The notes under the pieces are model-generated. The model saw only the letters and a program-made list of their open reading frames with translations. It had not been told where the DNA came from and made no database searches. A stretch of DNA of 38,710 bases, taken from IMG/VR virus record IMGVR_UViG_3300020042_009382, positions 1-38,710 of that record. One strand, written 5' to 3'. Positions 35,096-38,710 of this stretch are shown in pieces; within the stretch, counting starts at the first letter, position 1, and every line of letters begins with the position of its first letter. The translations under genes and the position numbers were made by a program. The stretch comes from a virus (taxonomy: Duplodnaviria; Caudoviricetes).

Positions 35096-35272
35096 TTACT
35101 TATAGAAAAAATCACCTTTTCCTTGCAGAGATCGAACAAGCAATTCGGTGAATTTTTCCATCTTTTGATATGATACAGTATGTGGGTTGTAGTTAATTGC
35201 CTCTCTTAGGGCATTTAATTCCTCCCATTCTTCTGTTGTAAGGTCTTCTATGCTTGTTCTGGAGAGAGTCAT
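35096..35272 (-). CDS. Hypothetical protein (58 aa)
   Basis: Manual ORF MTLSRTSIEDLTTEEWEELNALREAINYNP...KMEKFTELLVRSLQGKGD. Confidence 0.72.
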   Translation of the reverse strand: MTLSRTSIEDLTTEEWEELNALREAINYNPHTVSYQKMEKFTELLVRSLQGKGDFFYK

Positions 35273-35339
35273 GATTTCAATGCGATTGTGTTGATTCTAA
35301 CACTTATCTTCATTAATATGTAGAAACTTAACAATCTCT

Positions 35340-35678
35340 TCAGGATTTCTCAAAGTTTTTTGACTCTCTTTCTTGATACTCTGTGTAGAGTGAGTTGTGA
35401 ACAGTCATAAGTTCAGTAATCCAAAAGGCAGCAGGATAAATGCCCAATTCCTTCATCAATCCCCTATGAGAAACACCATCCTTTTCACATTTACACATAA
35501 TGTAGCAGATTGCCTGAACCATATCATACTTATCCTCTTCAGAAAGCATATGATACTTTCCTACTGCTTTCTGAATTGATTCTCTGGATGCTTCTTGTAG
35601 ATGCTTACAGGCATCAGAATCCCACCATTCTTCTAGTGCTGTACCAAACTCATTAGGTTTGTTTGTTTCTTCAATCAT
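35340..35678 (-). CDS. Hypothetical protein
   Basis: Start MIEETNK follows GGAGG. Confidence 0.75.
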   Translation of the reverse strand: MIEETNKPNEFGTALEEWWDSDACKHLQEASRESIQKAVGKYHMLSEEDKYDMVQAICYIMCKCEKDGVSHRGLMKELGIYPAAFWITELMTVHNSLYTEYQERESKNFEKS

Positions 35679-35898
35679 TGTTAAAAAACCTCCCATTTTT
35701 ACCACTACTTCCTGGGTTGCGTGATTCCAGTTTATCCAATAAAGAATCAGTACTAATTACAGATTCAATGCGACTAATCAAATCAGCAATCACACTACAA
35801 ACCATAGGTCTTTCTGTTCTTGCTGCATAAGATAGTGCATTCCTCAGACTTGCTTCTGCTTCTTTTAGACTTTCTTCTACTTGTGTTCCGAGTGCCAT
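35671..35898 (-). CDS. Hypothetical protein (75 aa)
   Basis: ORF track; GAGG upstream. Confidence 0.78.
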   Translation of the reverse strand: MALGTQVEESLKEAEASLRNALSYAARTERPMVCSVIADLISRIESVISTDSLLDKLESRNPGSSGKNGRFFNND

Positions 35899-36071
35899 TG
35901 ATTTACCTCAATTAAATTTTTATACTTAATACAATCTGGTGTTCTTCGTTGACAGTGTTCAATATCAACAACTCTTGGTTCCGAAGTTACTGTGGGAGGT
36001 TCTTCATAAAATAATACAATTGGACCACATTGTAGAAATGCACAAACCATCGTATTCAATAAGTTTAACAT
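35877..36071 (-). CDS. Hypothetical protein (64 aa)
   Basis: ORF track; fills the gap. Confidence 0.6.
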   Translation of the reverse strand: MLNLLNTMVCAFLQCGPIVLFYEEPPTVTSEPRVVDIEHCQRRTPDCIKYKNLIEVNQWHSEHK

Positions 36072-36703
36072 TTCTTGATAACCGTTTTCAGGTCATTTGC
36101 ATGAACTGATTCATCCCCAACTTCATCAACTATTTTAATCAGTTTAAATGATCCATCACCTTGATCAATCCATTCAACTTCGTCTCCTTCTTTTAGATTT
36201 GCTGCTTCTAACAAATCATCTGGGAAAGTAATATAATATGTTCCACTTGGATCATCTTCTTCAACAGGAAGAATCCACTTCACAACTTTATCCTTTGGTT
36301 TTTTCCAGGAACCATCTTCTTTGAAGTATCCCTTAGAGATAAGTTCTTCTTCTTCGGCAACACTACACATCGCATTCAATTCTTCTTCTGTATATTGAAG
36401 TGCTTCCATATCACTATGTCCCCAAGGTGGCATAGAAGGTTCTTTCCAAAAATCATTCCAAGATTGCTTACATTCTGAGGAAGTATCATCTTTATCACAA
36501 GTCAGATGCTCTTTACCATTACCATTCAACAGAGCAAGAAGTTCATAAGCATCTGATGCCTGTTTCTTGTATGTGTAATAGTTATCCTCAACAACACCTT
36601 TAATCACATCATAGATTTCTTGTGGTGTTGCTTCTGCGGCACCCATAGCATCGTACAGAAAGTTCTTAAGTTGCCCGAGAGAGTATTTTTTGTAATCAGT
36701 CAC
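36065..36703 (-). CDS. Protein with C-terminal AbrB/MazE-like domain (212 aa)
   Basis: YYITFPDDLLEAANLKEGDEVEWIDQGDGSFKL. Confidence 0.7.
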   Translation of the reverse strand: MTDYKKYSLGQLKNFLYDAMGAAEATPQEIYDVIKGVVEDNYYTYKKQASDAYELLALLNGNGKEHLTCDKDDTSSECKQSWNDFWKEPSMPPWGHSDMEALQYTEEELNAMCSVAEEEELISKGYFKEDGSWKKPKDKVVKWILPVEEDDPSGTYYITFPDDLLEAANLKEGDEVEWIDQGDGSFKLIKIVDEVGDESVHANDLKTVIKKC

Positions 36704-36881
36704 GATTTTGAAGTTCCTCTTTGATTGCTTGTTCCATCATAACCTGAATCTCTTTGGATGTCAACCCATTCAAAAATTTCCAGTTTGGGTCTTCTTTGTC
36801 CCATTCCATTTGAAAACTCCCATCAGGTTGCTCTACAATCTTAAGGGAATCAATCTCTTGGTTTTGGTTTGTTACACTCAT
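36696..36881 (-). CDS. Hypothetical protein (61 aa)
   Basis: ORF track. Confidence 0.72.
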   Translation of the reverse strand: MSVTNQNQEIDSLKIVEQPDGSFQMEWDKEDPNWKFLNGLTSKEIQVMMEQAIKEELQNRD

Positions 36882-36996
36882 TGCAATAATATGAAAAGTT
36901 TGATTTGAAGTATGTTACTACCTGATAATGATCTTTGTCTAATGGTTTCTCTTCACCACATTTAGAACAAACTCTAATTTGGGATGTAATCTCCAC
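36850..36996 (-). CDS. Small CxxC...CxxC zinc-ribbon protein (start uncertain, GTG)
   Basis: CSKCGEEKPL...YYCNEC at the 3' end of the 36850-37167 frame. Confidence 0.55.
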   Translation of the reverse strand: MEITSQIRVCSKCGEEKPLDKDHYQVVTYFKSNFSYYCNECNKPKPRD

Positions 36997-37171
36997 CCCA
37001 TTCAGATTTCTCTTGTTTACGAAGTTTCTTAAGTTCTTTATAAAGTTCCTTGATTTCTTGATATGCTTGTTCTGGAGTAATTTTATCCGTGATTTCAAGT
37101 CCTGCAATGAGGGCACATTTATCACCAAACCTTGCGAGTGCTCGTTCGTAAGCCGAAAGATTTTCATACAT
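36974..37171 (-). CDS. Hypothetical protein (65 aa)
   Basis: ORF track; TAATG coupling. Confidence 0.78.
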   Translation of the reverse strand: MYENLSAYERALARFGDKCALIAGLEITDKITPEQAYQEIKELYKELKKLRKQEKSEWGGDYIPN

Positions 37172-37449
37172 TATTTGTCGAGTCCATAGTCTTGTAAATT
37201 ATAAGTCACTGGATGAATATTGTCAATCTGTGATTGAAGACGATTTTCTATTTCATAGAGGCAGTTAGTTGTTTCTACATTCTCTCCTTCCAGTGCTGTG
37301 ATGCGTTCTTCCAGTCTTACAACTTCTTTTGCAAGTGAAGCACAAAGTCCAGCAAGACTATGCTTGTCTCCATTAGTATCAGTAACTAAAAGTTCATAAG
37401 TTTCCGGTTTTTCATAATCTTTAACAAATCTGTTAAACCAATTAAACAT
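37171..37449 (-). CDS. Hypothetical coiled-coil protein
   Basis: ORF track frame; start chosen at MFNWF. Confidence 0.72.
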   Translation of the reverse strand: MFNWFNRFVKDYEKPETYELLVTDTNGDKHSLAGLCASLAKEVVRLEERITALEGENVETTNCLYEIENRLQSQIDNIHPVTYNLQDYGLDK

Positions 37450-37630
37450 TTTCATATTTGTATCCAATAGTGTAGTCCTTCTTTTTGAGATTGTATCGTG
37501 CGATATGCTTCTTCATATGATCCTCAGATTCAAAGTAGCACTTGCGTGTATCCTTATTATCCTTACCATCTTTGTGCGTCAATTTCCAAGGAAACTGGTC
37601 AAAAGGAAACTCTTCTATTTCTTTAGTCAT
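37442..37630 (-). CDS. Hypothetical protein (62 aa)
   Basis: ORF track. Confidence 0.75.
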   Translation of the reverse strand: MTKEIEEFPFDQFPWKLTHKDGKDNKDTRKCYFESEDHMKKHIARYNLKKKDYTIGYKYENV

Positions 37631-37920
37631 TTGGATTCTCCATTAATTTTTGATTCACAAGCACAATAACCCATCTCAAATGATGTGCGTAACCATTTTA
37701 CCATAAGTTGGTTGTTTTTGGACTCTTTTGCATAATCAAAGTCATCCCAGAACCTTTCATAACGAAAAGAGTATCCTTCCAGTTTTTCAAACCATTCATC
37801 AAATTGTTTTTTGATTTCAATACGACGATTATTTCGTTCTTCTAGGTATTCAAGTTTATCTGGTGCAGGTGCTTCACCTAACCACTCTTCCAATCCATCA
37901 ACATCAATTGTGTCACTCAT
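37627..37920 (-). CDS. Hypothetical protein
   Basis: ORF track frame; start at MSDT. Confidence 0.75.
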   Translation of the reverse strand: MSDTIDVDGLEEWLGEAPAPDKLEYLEERNNRRIEIKKQFDEWFEKLEGYSFRYERFWDDFDYAKESKNNQLMVKWLRTSFEMGYCACESKINGESK

Positions 37921-38275
37921 CTTCTTCCTCACCCCATTTGTTTTTGAGATTTTCCATTACTTCATCCATAGGTATAACCTCTTCTTTGCCGGTCTCAATA
38001 TCATCAACCATCTGTAAGAGACTTTCTAAAAATAATTTGGGATAAATCTCATCCTCTAAACTATCCCAAAAGTATAAGATACACAAATCTAATGGGTCAT
38101 CATCTTTAAGTAGTGCGTATTCTGCATAGTTATTTCCCATCAAATCTCCCCAGTTCTGAAAGGAATACCAACAGTTCATCCATCCTTGTTGAATACAAGA
38201 AAAGAGAATATACTCAAACCAAGAAAGTTTAGTTTTCTTTGTGTTTGTTCCTAATAGTGCTCTTGAAAAAGTCAT
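37913..38275 (-). CDS. Hypothetical protein (120 aa)
   Basis: ORF track. Confidence 0.78.
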   Translation of the reverse strand: MTFSRALLGTNTKKTKLSWFEYILFSCIQQGWMNCWYSFQNWGDLMGNNYAEYALLKDDDPLDLCILYFWDSLEDEIYPKLFLESLLQMVDDIETGKEEVIPMDEVMENLKNKWGEEEDE

Positions 38276-38430
38276 AATTGCTCCACATAAACATCACTCA
38301 CAGAAACACTACCTTTACACAAATAAAAGGAACGCAATTGTTTCGCACTCATATCACTATTCACAAGCACTTGAATACTCACAGTAGCACCATCTACAAG
38401 ACTTGAAAGAACCACAGCATATTTATTCAT
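38272..38430 (-). CDS. Hypothetical protein (52 aa)
   Basis: Manual ORF MNKYAVVLSSLVDGATVSIQVLV...; ATGA overlaps on both sides. Confidence 0.68.
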   Translation of the reverse strand: MNKYAVVLSSLVDGATVSIQVLVNSDMSAKQLRSFYLCKGSVSVSDVYVEQL

Positions 38431-38708
38431 CCGTAACACATACTCTCCAAGTATCCTATAATTTTACTCATAGATTGTTTATCCGTCAACCTTTCCGCAG
38501 GACAGAACCCCAAGTGGTTGTTATGAGTATTTAACCACCATCGCATTTGTTCGTCACCTCTCTCCTGGTCATCAGGCAATCCAAGCATGTCATAAAGAAC
38601 CACATACATTCTCAACAGTTGTGTTGGGTCAATATCACCCAGAGGCATATGAAGAATATTTGCAGCTTTGGTTGCTGCATTTTTTAGGAGTTCTTCTGCG
38701 TCAGTCAT
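38427..38708 (-). CDS. MbcA/ParS/Xre antitoxin C-terminal domain-like protein
   Basis: MRWWLNTHNNHLGFCPAERL...KIIGYL fits the WL..PN..LG..P..L pattern of DUF2384. Confidence 0.6.
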   Translation of the reverse strand: MTDAEELLKNAATKAANILHMPLGDIDPTQLLRMYVVLYDMLGLPDDQERGDEQMRWWLNTHNNHLGFCPAERLTDKQSMSKIIGYLESMCYG

Positions 38709-38710
38709 TT

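Noticed and set aside
1-38710. tRNA, rRNA, intron or reverse transcriptase/DGR
   Set aside because: None recognised by eye; tRNAscan-SE and Infernal scans were not run.

Overview
Segment of a T4-like cyanomyovirus genome (Kyanoviridae-like, by recognition of protein motifs only); almost all genes are on the minus strand. 1-21.5 kb is an AT-rich late structural module: a truncated VrlC/DUF4815-like protein, baseplate gp8, a giant gp7-like protein, gp6, gp25, speD, a GT-A glycosyltransferase-like gene and T4 late promoters (TATAAATA). 21.7-27.5 kb is a more GC-rich array of small, probably early genes. Almost every gene there has its own copy of a ~70-90 bp element made of a dyad GTG(C/GA)CAGTT-N4-AACTG(G/T)C(C)AC, a GC hairpin spacer, a -10 box and an SD-less A/C-rich leader. 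I count 15 copies, with near-fixed dyad-to--10 spacing, mosaic spacers, and the previous gene's stop codon usually inside the dyad, so it looks like a shuffled promoter-gene cassette array. Cargo includes an ArdA-like protein, acidic peptides, a ligase-like KxDG protein and a nuclease-like protein. 27.46-28.25 kb is an unexplained module bounded by 35-bp inverted repeats, holding CTCG(A/T)CGAG palindromes, tandem minus-strand promoters and an ORF-less plus-strand consensus promoter (candidate origin or control switch). 28.3-38.7 kb holds small hypotheticals, a HExxH protein, a beta-class DNA methyltransferase with a ParB-like partner, CP12, a PebA-like bilin reductase and an MbcA/ParS-like antitoxin domain. 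No database searches were run.
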